Positions 14,387 through 26,995 of a DNA stretch of 64,000 bases are shown here, piece after piece. Origin of the DNA: the human T2T-CHM13v2.0 reference genome, Homo sapiens; the NCBI RefSeq assembly GCF_009914755.1, contig NC_060927.1. One strand, given 5' to 3'. Both the position numbers and the translations under genes were made by a program. Each line of letters begins with the position of its first letter. Position 1 is the first letter of the stretch. The notes beneath the pieces were generated by a model, which saw only the letters and a program-made list of their open reading frames with translations, was not told where the DNA came from and searched no databases.

Positions 14387-15457
14387 TAAACTCCATAATA
14401 AGAAAAGAAACAATCTAATTAAAGAATGGGCAAAAGGCCTGAATAGACACCTAACCAAAGAACATATGTATATGACAAATACGCATATGAAAATATGTTA
14501 AATGCCATATTTCATTAGAGAATGGCAAATTAAAACAACAAGATACCACTACATTTCTATTAGAATGGCAAAAATTCCAAACACTGACAATACCAAATGC
14601 TGGCCAGGTTGTGGAGCAACAGGAACTCCCATTTATTGCTGGTGAGAATGCAAAATGTTAGAGCCACTTTGGAAGACAGTTTGGCAGTTTCTTACAAAAG
14701 TAAACATAGTCTTACATATGATCCAGCCATTGCAATTATGCTCCTTTGTATTTACCCCCCAAAAGTGAAAATTTAACGTCCACACGGAAACTTACACACA
14801 AATGTTACGAAGCTTTGTTCATAAAAGCTAAAACCTGGAAGCAATTAACATGTCTTTCAGTAAGTAAATGGATAAATAAACTGTGGTATATCCAGACAAT
14901 GGAATAGTATTAGGTTCCAAAAAATAAAAAAATAAAAATAAAAAAGCTGTCGAGCCATTAAGAGACATGGACAACCTTAAATGCATAAATGTATATTACT
15001 AGAGAAGCCAATCTGAAAAGGCTACATACTGTATGATTTCAACAACATGACATTCTGGAAAAGGCAAAATTATGAAAACAGTATAAAGATCAGTGGTTCC
15101 CAGGATTTGAAGGGAGGGAAAGAGGGATTAATAAATAGGACATAGAGGATTTTTAGGGCAGTGGAACTATTTTTTATGATACTACAATGGTGGATACATA
15201 TCATTAAATACCTGTCCAAACCCACAGAATGTACAACACTAGGATTTAACCCCAATGTAAACTGTGGACTTTGGGTGATAAAGATGTATCAATGTAGGTT
15301 TACAGTTTGTAACAAATGTACTGCTGTGGCATGGGAGATTAGTCATGAGGAGGTTGTGCATGTATAAGGACACAGGTATGTGGAAACTGTACTTTCTGCT
15401 CAATTTTACTGTGAACCTAAAACTGCTGTAAAAATAAATTTTATTAATTTAATAAAA
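14387..15457 (+). mobile_element. L1MC1-like 3' end (5'-truncated)
   Basis: NNLIKEWAKGLNRHLTKE peptide; 3'UTR motifs gtccaaacccacagaatgtacaacac and ctgtgaacctaaaactgctgtaaaaataaa. Confidence 0.85.
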
Positions 15458-17050
15458 AGTCTTGTCCCCTTTACATACCCTTTTTTTAAATAGTCAAGTC
15501 TTCTATCTGTCTTCAGCAAAGTGGTTGTTTCTAATTATCTGATCTGTCACCACAGGAAGTGGTAGAACTAAACCCTTTAGTTGAATTTTCAAGAAATACA
15601 CACAGGTACTAGATATCTGTTAGACTGTGAGATCTTTATAACGTAGCAACTCTATTCATTTATATTCTAAATATTGTTTCATAGAAATGAATCAATATAA
15701 AATTTGAACACTACCTGCTCTCTGAATTTCAAGTAATTTTAGTAAGGAACTTGAATTTTTTTCTAGATCCTTTTGCATAACTGGTTTTTAATCTTTCAAC
15801 TGGTAACCATATGTGATGATTTGCATATCTTTTGCTGCCTCTTATACCCTCTAGATTTTTCCTGCAATTGTGTCATCTATTTCTCATCAAATTGATCTTA
15901 GATTTAATGTTTTTTCTTCTAATTACTCCTACCCTTATTCTCCCCATCCACTGAATAGCCAACACCTGGACTTCTCTTCTCTCTACTTAATACTCCTTTT
16001 AAAACCTAGTAACTATACTAAGATGTATTTAAGGTAAGGATTAGAAACAAGTGTTTACTCCTATACCAGTTTTTTAAACTTAGAGACTCTATTGTAATTT
16101 GATTAGGGAATTAGGAAAGTATCTAAAGAATATTAGCTATTATTTGTGAATTTGGGGGTTCTTCTCTGGTTGCTTAAACATCTGAAATCTAATATGCTTT
16201 CTTAAGGTGATTTTTATTTTCAAGGTGCAGGGCATGTCTGAGAGTCTGTGAATTTGGGACAGGTTATAACTTGAAGTGACAGGCATCAGAGTATGATTTA
16301 ATATTTCAGGAATAAGTATTTGTTATTACTGTTGTTTTTAACTAACAACTCTAGTGAAACTTGTTAATGAGAAAGTTAATTGTTTTATTGCTTATATCCC
16401 TAGGGTCTGTGGTTGTTTTCATATTTTTTAGTATGGTTGTTTTAAAAAGCAAGAGTAAGAAAACACTGCAAAGATATAGGTTTCGGTTCCTTATATATTT
16501 TGAGTATTAATTTCTTTTAGCTATATGGTTTGGAAACATTTTCTCCCACTCCGTAGATTGCCTTTTCATTCTATTGATTGTTTTCTTTGCTGTTCAGAGC
16601 TTTTATTTTGATGTAGTCCTACTTGTCTAATTTTGATTTTGTTGCTTGTGCCTTTGGTGTCATATCCAAGAAATCATTGCCAAAATTAAAGTCAATAATA
16701 TTTTCCCTTATGTTTTATTTCTAGGAGATTTAGCTTTAGTTTTAGGTCTTAGGTTTAGGTCTTTAATCCATTTCGAATTTATTTTTGTGTATACTGTAAG
16801 ATGGGGGTATAATTTCATTCTTTTGTACTTTGATATCCAGTTTTTCCAATACTATTCATTGAAGAGACTGTCTGTTCTACATCGTGTCTCTTCCCAACAC
16901 TTGTTGGGAACCTTGGGTACCTTGACTACCTTGTTACAGATCGGTTGATCATGTACGCATGGATTTATTTCTGAGCTCTCTATTGGAAGCCCTTACGACT
17001 CAATAGCAAAAAAAAAAAAAAAAAACTGAATAAAAATGGTGAAAGGACCT

Positions 17051-17411
17051 TGTATTAGTCTGTTCTCACACTGCTAAGAAAGACATACTTGAGACTGAGT
17101 AATTTATAAAGAAAAAGGGGTTTAATGGACTCACAGTACCACATGACTGGGGAGGCCTCACAATTATGGCAGAAAGTGAAGGATGAGCAAAGGCATATCA
17201 TGGAGGCAGGCAAAAGAGTATGTGCAGGAGAACTGCCCTTTATAAAACCATCAAATTTCGTGAGATTTATTCTCTATCATGAGAACAGCATGAGAAAAAA
17301 CTGCCGTCATGATTCAGTTACCTCCCACTGGGTCCCTCCCAAGACATGTGGGGATTATGGGAGCTACAATTCAAGATGAGATTTGGGTGGGGACACAGCA
17401 AAACCATATGA
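17051..17411 (-). mobile_element. THE1B/C solo LTR
   Basis: tgtattagtctgttctcacactgct...ggggacacagcaaaaccatatga, ~360 bp; TSD gacct/gacat. Confidence 0.92.
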
Positions 17412-17621
17412 GACATGAATAGATATTTCTTCTAAGAAAACATACGTGTGGCAAACAGGTACATGAAAAGATGGTTAACATCACTGATTATCACGTAAAT
17501 ATAAATTAAAACCGTAATAAAATATCACTCCATACCAGTTAGTATGTCTACTATCAAAAAATTAAAAGATGAGTGTTGGTGAGAATGTGGAGAAATCAGA
17601 ACCTGTCTACCTTGTTGGAAA

Positions 17622-17860
17622 GTATATTAGTCAGGGGTCTCTAGAGGGACAGAAGTAATGGGATAAATGTATATATAAAGGGGAGTTTATTAAGGAGTAT
17701 TGACTCATATGATCACAAGGTGAAGTCCCACAACAGGCCATCTGCAAGCTGAGAAGCAAGGAAGCCAGTCCGAGTCCCAAAACCTCAAAAGTAGGGAAGC
17801 CGACAGTGCAGCCTTCAATCTTTGGTCGAAGGTCCAGGAGTCTCAAAGCTGAAGAACTTA
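17622..17860 (-). mobile_element. MLT2A/B (ERVL) LTR, truncated
   Basis: tattagtcaggggtctctagagggacagaa...tcccacaacaggccatctgcaagctgag...tctcaaagctgaagaactt; ORF-track peptide GCTVGFPTFEVLGLGLASLLLSLQMAC typical of MLT2. Confidence 0.85.
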
Positions 17861-17919
17861 TACCCCCTGTATTATACCCCTAAAATGTTTAAGAGAGTAG
17901 ATTTCATATTAAGTATTCT

Positions 17920-17930
17920 ACACACACACA

Positions 17931-17973
<43 letters not shown>
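17920..17973. repeat. (CA)n microsatellite within the L1 3'UTR
   Basis: About 26 CA units with one interruption. Confidence 0.97.
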
Positions 17974-17974
<1 letters not shown>

Positions 17975-19332
17975 AAAAACAGAAAGATACAATAAAACTT
18001 TGGGAGGCAGTAGATAGGTCTGTTATCTGGGCTGTCATGATGGTTTCATGGGCGTATGCATATGTCCAAACTCATTAAACTGTGTGTGCTAAATTTGTGC
18101 TGTTTTCAATATATCAATTACATATCAATAAAATGTTTTAAAAGATGTAGGTACTACTGAAAAACTGGCATTCAATTTGTATTGAATGCCATGTTAACTT
18201 TAAATATTACATGATGGAAACATGAAATATCAACTGGAGAAGGCAAAGGAATTGACAAATATATTTTTCATGACAGGAAAAATCCTTCATAGGTTTAGGA
18301 AGGACCTATCAAGTTTTAGGAAATAAAATTAATTCTCACTCTTGAATCAGTAGGTATCACATGGTAGCTTACTTGTAGGATAATCTTTTAAAACTTTTAA
18401 AACTTATTTTTACCTAAAACTTTTTAAAGCCAATTATTTTGCAGGAATGTTTTAGAAATACTTCACCATTAAACATGATTATAATAATCAAAGTCATCAG
18501 CAGAAGTCCGTTATTACATTATGTGCAAGACACTTGACGAAATGCAGAGAAACATCTTTTTAAATGTCCTCTTAAAATAATTAGTTCAACTTATATAAGA
18601 TTTTGCCTTTCATTGGCTCAAAATGAAATAAGCAAATAGAAATATACATAATGGGATGATTTAAAACTCTTGGAATGCATTCAACAATTATTTCTGAGAG
18701 GTAAGTAAATATGGTCTATTTTCCAAATTAGCTCAAGGAAGATTAAAATTAGCAATGAAGATATTGCATATTTAGGTCTAAATTAATTGCTCAGTGCTTT
18801 CTATGAAAAGGAAAATACAGATTCGAATTGTGTATTTACTTAAGAAGCATTTGCTTACCCGATTGCAGGTAACTTCCTGCTAAGTACACCTAAATGGGCA
18901 TGGACTGCGTATACAATCCCCGAATGTAGGAGAAAGTCATTAGAAATGACTTTACTGGTATATTAAGAAATAATATACTTATGGAACTTTGGCATTTTTC
19001 TTTTACTTTCAGATGAATATTCTAAAGCTACAGTAATAAAATATTATCGTTTACCTGAGAGAAGCAAATGATACACATTTCTTTCCTAAAAATTTGAAAG
19101 AAATAGTATAACTATGGACCACTCTAAAATTCAGCTATTGATATGAGTGAACAACTAGTATCTCTCTGATAGAATAGATCAACAGGGTGGGAAACGAAAT
19201 CAAGGATAACTAAATTGAACGGAATTAATTTACACACATTTGTCCCCTAACTGCTGCTTTTGGAAAATTGTTTTATATATCTGGGGAGGAAACCCTACAG
19301 ACCAACCTAGCTATTTCATTTACATAAAATAA

Positions 19333-19675
<343 letters not shown>

Positions 19676-20233
19676 TATTTTTAATTTTTGTGGGTACATA
19701 GGAGGTGTATGTATTTATGACTTACATGAGATAAGTTGATATAAGCATACAATGCATAATATCACATCAGGGTAAATAGGATAACCGCCACCGCAAACAT
19801 TTCTCTTTTGTGTTTAAATCAATCCAATTATACTCTTTTAGTTATATTAAAATGTAGAATTAAATTATTTTTGACTATAGTCAGCCTGTTGTGCTAGCAA
19901 ATACTCGGTCTTATTTATTCTTTTTACCTATTTTCTTGTACCCATTAACCATCCCCTGTGTCCCTCTGCTCCTCACCCTCACTATCCTTCCCAGCCTATT
20001 GTAACCATCTTTCTACTCTCTCCCTCCATGAGTTCAATTGTTTCAATTTCTAGCTCCCACAGATAACTAAGAACATGCAGTGTTTGTCTGTCTGTGCCTG
20101 ATTTATTTTATTTAATAAATTAACCACTAGTTTCATCTATGCTGTTGCAAATGTGAGGATCTCATTCCTTTTTATGACTGAAGAGTTTTCCATTGTGTAT
20201 ATGTACCACATTTACTTTATCCATTCATCAGTG

Positions 20234-20414
20234 TTATTTTGCTGTTGTTGTTTGTTTTGGTTTTTTTGAATCAGGGTCTCGCTCTGTCACCCAGGCTGGA
20301 GTGCAGTGGCATGATCATGGCTCACTGCAGACTCAATCTCCCAGGCTCAAGCAATCTGTTCACTTCGGCCCCCCAAAGGGCAGGGATTACAGGCATGAGC
20401 CACTGTGCCTGGCC
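20234..20414 (-). mobile_element. Monomeric Alu (FRAM-like or arm-recombined AluJ)
   Basis: Single ~145-bp arm plus tail; TSD atccattcatc at 20219-20229 and 20415-20425. Confidence 0.85.
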
Positions 20415-23400
20415 ATCCATTCATCCGTTGATGGACACCTAAGTTGTTTCCAAATATTGGCTATTTTGAATAGTACTGCAATAAATATGAGAGTGCAGAT
20501 ATGTCTTTGATAGACTAATTTCCTTACTTTTGCATGAATAGCTAGGAGTGGGATTGCTGGATCATACGGTAGCTCTATTTTTAGTTTTGTGAGGAACCTC
20601 CAAACTGTTCTCCATAGTGGTTGTACCAATTTACATCCCCACCAACAGTTTATGAACATTCCCTTTTCTCCACATCCTATCCAGCATTTGCTATTTGCTG
20701 CCTTTTAGTTGAAAGCCATTTTAACTGGGGTGAGGTGATATCTTATTGTAATTTTGATTTGCATTTCTCTGATGATCAGTGTTGTTGAGCACCTTATCAT
20801 ATACTTGTTTGCAATTTGTATGTCTTTTTTTTTGAGAAATGTCTATTCACAACTTTCATGCATTTTAAAATGAGATTATTAGATTTTTTTTCCTGTTGAA
20901 CTGTTTGAGCTCCTTACATGTCCTGGTTATTAATCCCTTGTCAGGTGTCTAGTTTGTAAATCTTTTTTTTTTGCATTTTATGGGTTGACTCTTTGCTTTG
21001 TTTATTGTATTCTTTGATGTGTAGAAGCATTTTAACTTGATATGAACCCATTTGTGCATTTTTGCTTTGGTTGCCTGTGCTTGGAGGGTATTGCTTAAGA
21101 AGTCTTTGCTTACTCCCATGTTCTGGTGTGGTTCTTCAATGTTTTCTTTTAGTTTTTTCATAGTTTAGGGTCTTTAAGACTTTAATCCATTTTTTAATTT
21201 GATTTTTGTAAATGGTGAGAGATAAGGGTCTAGTTTTGTGCTTCATATGGATATCCAGTTTTCCCATCACCATTTATTGAAGAGACAGTCCTTTACTCAA
21301 TGTATTTTCTTGGAACATTTGCTGAAAATGAGTTCACTGTAGATGTTTAGATTTATTCAGATTTCTCCATTCTGTTCCAGTGGTCTATGTGTCTGTTTTT
21401 ATGCCAGTACTATGCCATTTTGGTTACTATAGCTCAGAAGTATAATTTGAAGTCAATTAATGTGATTTCTCCAGTTTTGTTATTTTGCTTAGGAAAGATT
21501 TGACTATTATGGGCATTTTGTAATTCCAAATAAATTTTAACATTTTTTTCTATTTCTGTGAAGAATGTCAGTGGTACATTGATAAGGATTGCATTAAATC
21601 TCTAGATTGCTTTGAGTGGTATGACATTTAAACAATATTGATTCTTCAAATTCATGGAATATCTTTCCATTTTTTGGTGTCCTCTTCAATTTCTTTCATC
21701 AGTGCTTTACAATTTTAATTGCAGAGATTTTTCACTTCAGTTAATTCATAGGTACTTTATTTGTAGCTATTGTAAATTGGATTATATTATTGATATCTGT
21801 TTCAAATTGTTTGCTGTTCACATACACAAATTCTATTTTTGGTATGTTGATTTTGCATCCTTCAAATTTACTGAATTTATTATATTTAATAGTTTTTTTT
21901 TGGTGAAGTCTTTAGGTTTTTCCAAGTATAAGATCATATTATTTACAAACAAAGATAATTTTACTGCTTCCTTTCCAACTTGGATGCTCCTTCTTACTTT
22001 CTCTTGTTTGATTGTTGTAGCCAGGACTTCCAATACTATGTTGAATAAAAGGGATGAAAGTGGGCATCTTTCTCATGTTCCTTATTCTAGAGGAAAGGCT
22101 TTCGATTTTCCCCATTGAGTACGAATTAGCTATGGGTCTATAATACATGGCTTTTATTATGGTTGAAGTTTGTTCTTTCTATACCTATTTTTTCCAGGGC
22201 TGTTACCATGAAGGCATGTTGAATTTTATCAAATAATTTTTCATCATCAATTGAAATGATTATTTGTTTTTTATCCTTCATTCTGTTGATATGATGTATC
22301 ACACTGATTGATTTGAGTATGTTGAGCCATCCTTGTATCCCTGAGATAAATACCACTTGTTCATGATGATGGATCTTTTCAATGTGTTGTTGAATGAGAA
22401 TTTCTAGTATAGTTGGGATTTTTGCATTAACATGCATTAGTGATATGGCCTGTAGTTTACTTTTTTTGATGTGTCTTTGTCTGATTTTGGTATCAAGATA
22501 ATACCGGCCACATAAAATGAGTTTAGAAGTATTCCATACTCCTCTGTTTTTTGTAATAGTTTGAGTAGGATTGGTATTAGTTTTTCTTTAAATGTTTGGT
22601 ACAATTCAGCAGTGAAACCATCAGGTTCTAGGCTTTTCTTTGCTGGGTGAGTTTTCATTACAGCTTCTATCTCATTACTTGTTATTGGTGTGTTCAGGCT
22701 TTGAATTTTTCATGGTACAATATTGAGAGGTGGTGTGTATTTAGGAAATTGTCTATTTCTTCTAGATTTTCCAATTTATTGGCATAATTGCTTGCAGTAG
22801 CCATTAATAATCCTTTTGGATTTTGGTGGTATCAGTTGTAATGCCTCTTTTTCATCTTTGATTTTATTTATTTGGGTCTTTTCTCTTTTTCTTAGTCTGG
22901 CTAAAGATTTGTCTGTTTTGTTTAACTTTTCAAAAAACCAACTTTTGTTTTATTAATCTTTTGTATTTTTAATTTTAGTTTAATTTATTTCTGCTCTTTA
23001 TTATTTCTTTTACACTACTAATTTTGGGTAGGTTTACTCTTGTTTTTCTAGTACATTAAAATGTATCATTAGGTTGTTTGTATGAAGTTTTTCTTCCTTT
23101 TCAATATAGACACTTATAGTTTTAAATGTCCCTCTTCTTATTGAAAGAGGGACCTTAAATCCCATATGTTTTGTTATATTGCATTCCCGTTTTAATTTGA
23201 AGATAATATTTAATGTCCTTATTAATTTCCTAATTGACTCAGTAGTCATTCAGGAGAATATTGTTTAATTTCCAAGTATTCATATAGTTTCCAAAATTTA
23301 TCTTCTTATCGTTTTCTAGTTTTATTCCATTGAGTCAGAGAAGATGTTCATATTATTTCAATTTTTTGAATAATTTAAGACTTGTTTTGTGACCTAATAT

Positions 23401-24658
23401 ACAGTGTTTCCTTGAGAATAGTTAATGTACTGAGGAAAAAAATGTGTATTCTGCAGCCATTGGATGAAATAAATGTTTTGTAAAGACTTATTAGGGACAT
23501 TTGGTATATAGTGCATGTGAAGTCCAATGTTCATTTATTGATTTTCTGTCTACAAAATCTGCCTAATGCTGAAAGTGGGGTGTTGAAGTCTCCAGCTATT
23601 ATTATATCAGGACTTATCTCCTTTATTTTCAGTCCATGTGTGTCTTTGTAGGTGAAGTTTGTTTCTTGTAGGCAACAGATTATTAAGTCTAGTTTTTTAA
23701 ATTATTTTAGCCACTCTATGTATTTTGATTGGAGTGTTTAGTCCATTTACAGTCAATGTTATTATTGATAAGTAAAGACTTAACACCTGCCATTTTTTTA
23801 TTTGTTTTCTGGTTGTTTGTGGTCTTCTCTTCCTATTTTATTTTCTTCTTGTTTTCTTTTTAGTGAAGGTAATTTTCTCTGGTGATGTGACTTAATATTT
23901 TGCTTCTTATTTTTTGTGTATGCATTGTATGACTTTTGATTTGCAGTTACCATAAGGCATGCAAATAATATCTTACAGTCCATTATTTTAAGCTGATAAC
24001 AGTTTGATACATTTTAATAAACAAACATTTGAAAAAACTAATAAAAACTCTATACCTTAACTTCCTTTTCTCTTTTTAACTTTTTATTGTTTATACATTT
24101 TGTACTATCTATGTCTTGAAAAATTGTAGCTGTTATTTTTGATTGGTTCATCATTTAGTCTTTCTAATTAAGAAAGAGTAGTTTACACACCACAGTTACA
24201 GTATTATAATATTCTACGGTTTTCCATGTACTTGCTATTACCAATGAGTTTTGTATCTTCAAGTGATTTTTTATTGTACATTAATATATATTTTTTTCTG
24301 ATTGAAGTACTCCCTTCAGTATTTCTTGTAGGAAAGGACTAGTGTTGATAAAATTGCTAAGCTTTTGTTTATTTGGGAAAGTCTGTTTCCTCTTCATATT
24401 GGAAGAATATTTTCATTAGACATACTATTCTGTGGTAAAAGTTTTTCCTTCAGCACTTTAAATTTGTCATGCTACTCTCTCCTGGCCTGTAAAGTTTCCA
24501 CTGAAACGTTTGCTGACAGATGTATTGGAGATTCATTCTACATTATTTGTTTCATCTCTCTTGGTGCTTTTAGGGTCCTTTCTTTAGCCTTGACCTTTAA
24601 GAGTTTGATTATCAAGTGCCTTCAACTAGGCTTCTTTGGGTAAAAATTGTTTGCTGTT

Positions 24659-26995
24659 CATGTTAGTCTGTTATCACACTGTTATAAAGATATAACCTGA
24701 GACTGCTTAATTTATAAAGAAAAGAGGTTTAATTGATTCACAGTTCCACATGGCTGGGAAAGCCTCAAGAAACTTACAATCATGGCAGAAGTTGAAGAAG
24801 AAACAAGGCAGCAGGAGAGAGCACATGCAGGAGAAACTGCCACTTTTAAACCATCAGATCTTGTGAGAACTTACTTGCTTTCATAAGAACAGGATGAGAG
24901 AAAACTCCCCCATTATCCAGCTACCTCCCACCAGGTCCTCCCTGACTCGTGGGATTTACAATTTGAGAAGAGATTTGGGTGGGAACACAGAGCCAAACCA
25001 TATTATTCTACCCCTGGCCCCTCCCAAATCTCATGGTTGTTTTTTTTTGCATATCAAAACAAATCACACCTCCCAATAGTCCCCCAAGGTCTTAACTCAT
25101 TCCAGCATTTACTTAAAATTTCAAGTCCAAAGTATCATCTGAGACAAGGCAAGTGCCTTCCACTTATGAGCCTGTAAAATAAAAAACAAGTTAGTTATTT
25201 CTAAGATACAGTGGGGTACAGGCATTGGGTAAATATTTTCATTTCAAATGGAGAAATTGGCCAAAGCAAAGGGGCCACAGGCCCCATGCAAGTATGAAAT
25301 GCAGTAGGGCACTCATTAAATCTTAAGACTGCAAAATAATCTCCTTTGACTCCATGTCTTACATTCAGGGCACACTAATGCAAGGGGTAGGCTCCCAGGC
25401 CTTGGGCAGCTACACTCCTGTGGCTGTGCAGGGTACAGCCCCAACTGCTGCTTTCACAAACTGGTGTTCAGTGCCTGCAGCTTTTCCAGGTGCATAGGGC
25501 AAGCCGTCAGTGGACCTATCATTCTGGGGTCTGGTGACCCTTTTCTTATAGCTCCACTAGGCAGTGCCCCAGTGGAGACTCTGTGTGGTGATCTCACCCC
25601 CACATTTCCTCTCTGCATTGCCCTAGTAGAGGCTCTCCACGAAGGCTCCACCCCTGTAGCAGACTTATTTCTGGACATCCAGCAATTCCTTACATGCTCT
25701 GAAATCTAGGCAAAGGTTCCCAAAACTCAACTCTTGTCTCCTGAATAACTGCAGGCCCTACACCATGTTTAAGCCACTAAGTCTTGGAGCTTGCACCCTC
25801 TGAAGCAACAGCCCAAGCAGCAACATGGTCCCCCTTAACAACAGTTGATGCTGGAGTGCCTGGGATGCAGGACACAAGTCCCAAAATTGTACAGAGCAGT
25901 GGAGCCCTAGGCAAGGCCCATGAAATCATTTTTTCCTCCCAGGCCTCCAGGCCTGTGATGGGAGGAGCTTCCTTGAAGATCTCTAAAATGCCCAGAGATA
26001 TTTTTCCCATTGTCTTGGGGATTAACATTGGGCTCCTCATTACTTATGCAAATCACTGCAGCCAACTTGAATTTCTCCTTAGAAAATGGGTTTTTCTCTT
26101 CTACCACATGGTCAGTCTGCAAATTTTCCAAACTTTTATGCTCTGCTTCCCCTTTCAACGTAAATTCTAATTTCAAACCATCTCATTGTGAATGCATATA
26201 ACTGTACATTTTCAGGAAAAGTAAGGTCACCTCTTCCTTTAATGCTTTGCTGATTAGAAATGTCTTCTGCCAGATACCCTAAATCATCTCTCTCAAGTTC
26301 CAACTTCCACAGATCTGTAGGGCAGGGGCAAATTGCTGCTAGTCTCTTTGCTAAAACATAGCAAGAGTAACATTTGCTCCAGTTCCCAATAAGTTCCTCA
26401 TCTCCATCTGAGACCACCTGAGCCTAGATTTCATTGTCCATATCACTATCAGCATTTTGGTCAAAATCATTCAACAAGTCTCTAGAAAGTTTCAAATGTT
26501 CCCACACCTTCCTGTCTTTTTTGAGCCCTCTAAACTGTTCCAACCTCTGCCCATTACACAGTTCCAAAGTCACTTCCACATTTTCAGATTATCTTTATAG
26601 CAGTACACAACTCCTGGCACCAATTCTCTTTATTCATCTATTTTCATACTGCTATAAAGATATAACCTGAGACTGAGTAGTTTATAAAGGAAAGACGTTC
26701 AATTGACTCACAGTTCTGCATGGCTGAGAAGGCCTCACAAAACTTATAATTATGGCAGAAGGTGAAGGAAAAGCAAGTATCTTCTTCACAAGGTGGCAGG
26801 AGAGAGAGAGTGTGTGTAGGAGAAACTGCCACTTTTAAACCATCAGATCTCATAAGAACTCCTCACTATCATAGGAACAGCATGGGGGAAACTGCAACCA
26901 TGATTTAACCATCTCCAAACAGGTCCCTCCCCGGAAGGGTGGGGATTACAATTTGAGAGGAGATTTGGGTGGGGACACAGAGCCAAACTATATCA
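24659..26995 (-). mobile_element. Second complete THE1D-like MaLR provirus: LTR 24659-25005, internal 25006-26628, LTR 26629-26995
   Basis: Paired LTRs with ggagaaactgccacttttaaaccatcagatc; internal region homologous to 10155-11653; TSD ctgtt/gtgtt; L1 ORF1 resumes in register. Confidence 0.92.

Larger units (their letters stand above)
16482..18140 (+). mobile_element. L1MA10/L1MB-like LINE with 5' inversion (16482-16984 antisense, 16985-18140 sense), interrupted by THE1 and MLT2 LTRs
   Basis: Antisense ORF2 segment followed by sense ORF2 end and 3'UTR (tatgcatatgtccaaactcat...tcaataaa); flanked by TSD aaagatataggt (16470-16481) / aaagatgtaggt (18141-18152). Confidence 0.85.

Noticed and set aside
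18695-19020. Donor GAG|gtaagt (18701) and acceptor ttttactttcag (19012) as an intron
   Set aside because: The sites are individually good, but no convincing flanking exon boundaries were found; isolated sites are common in AT-rich DNA.
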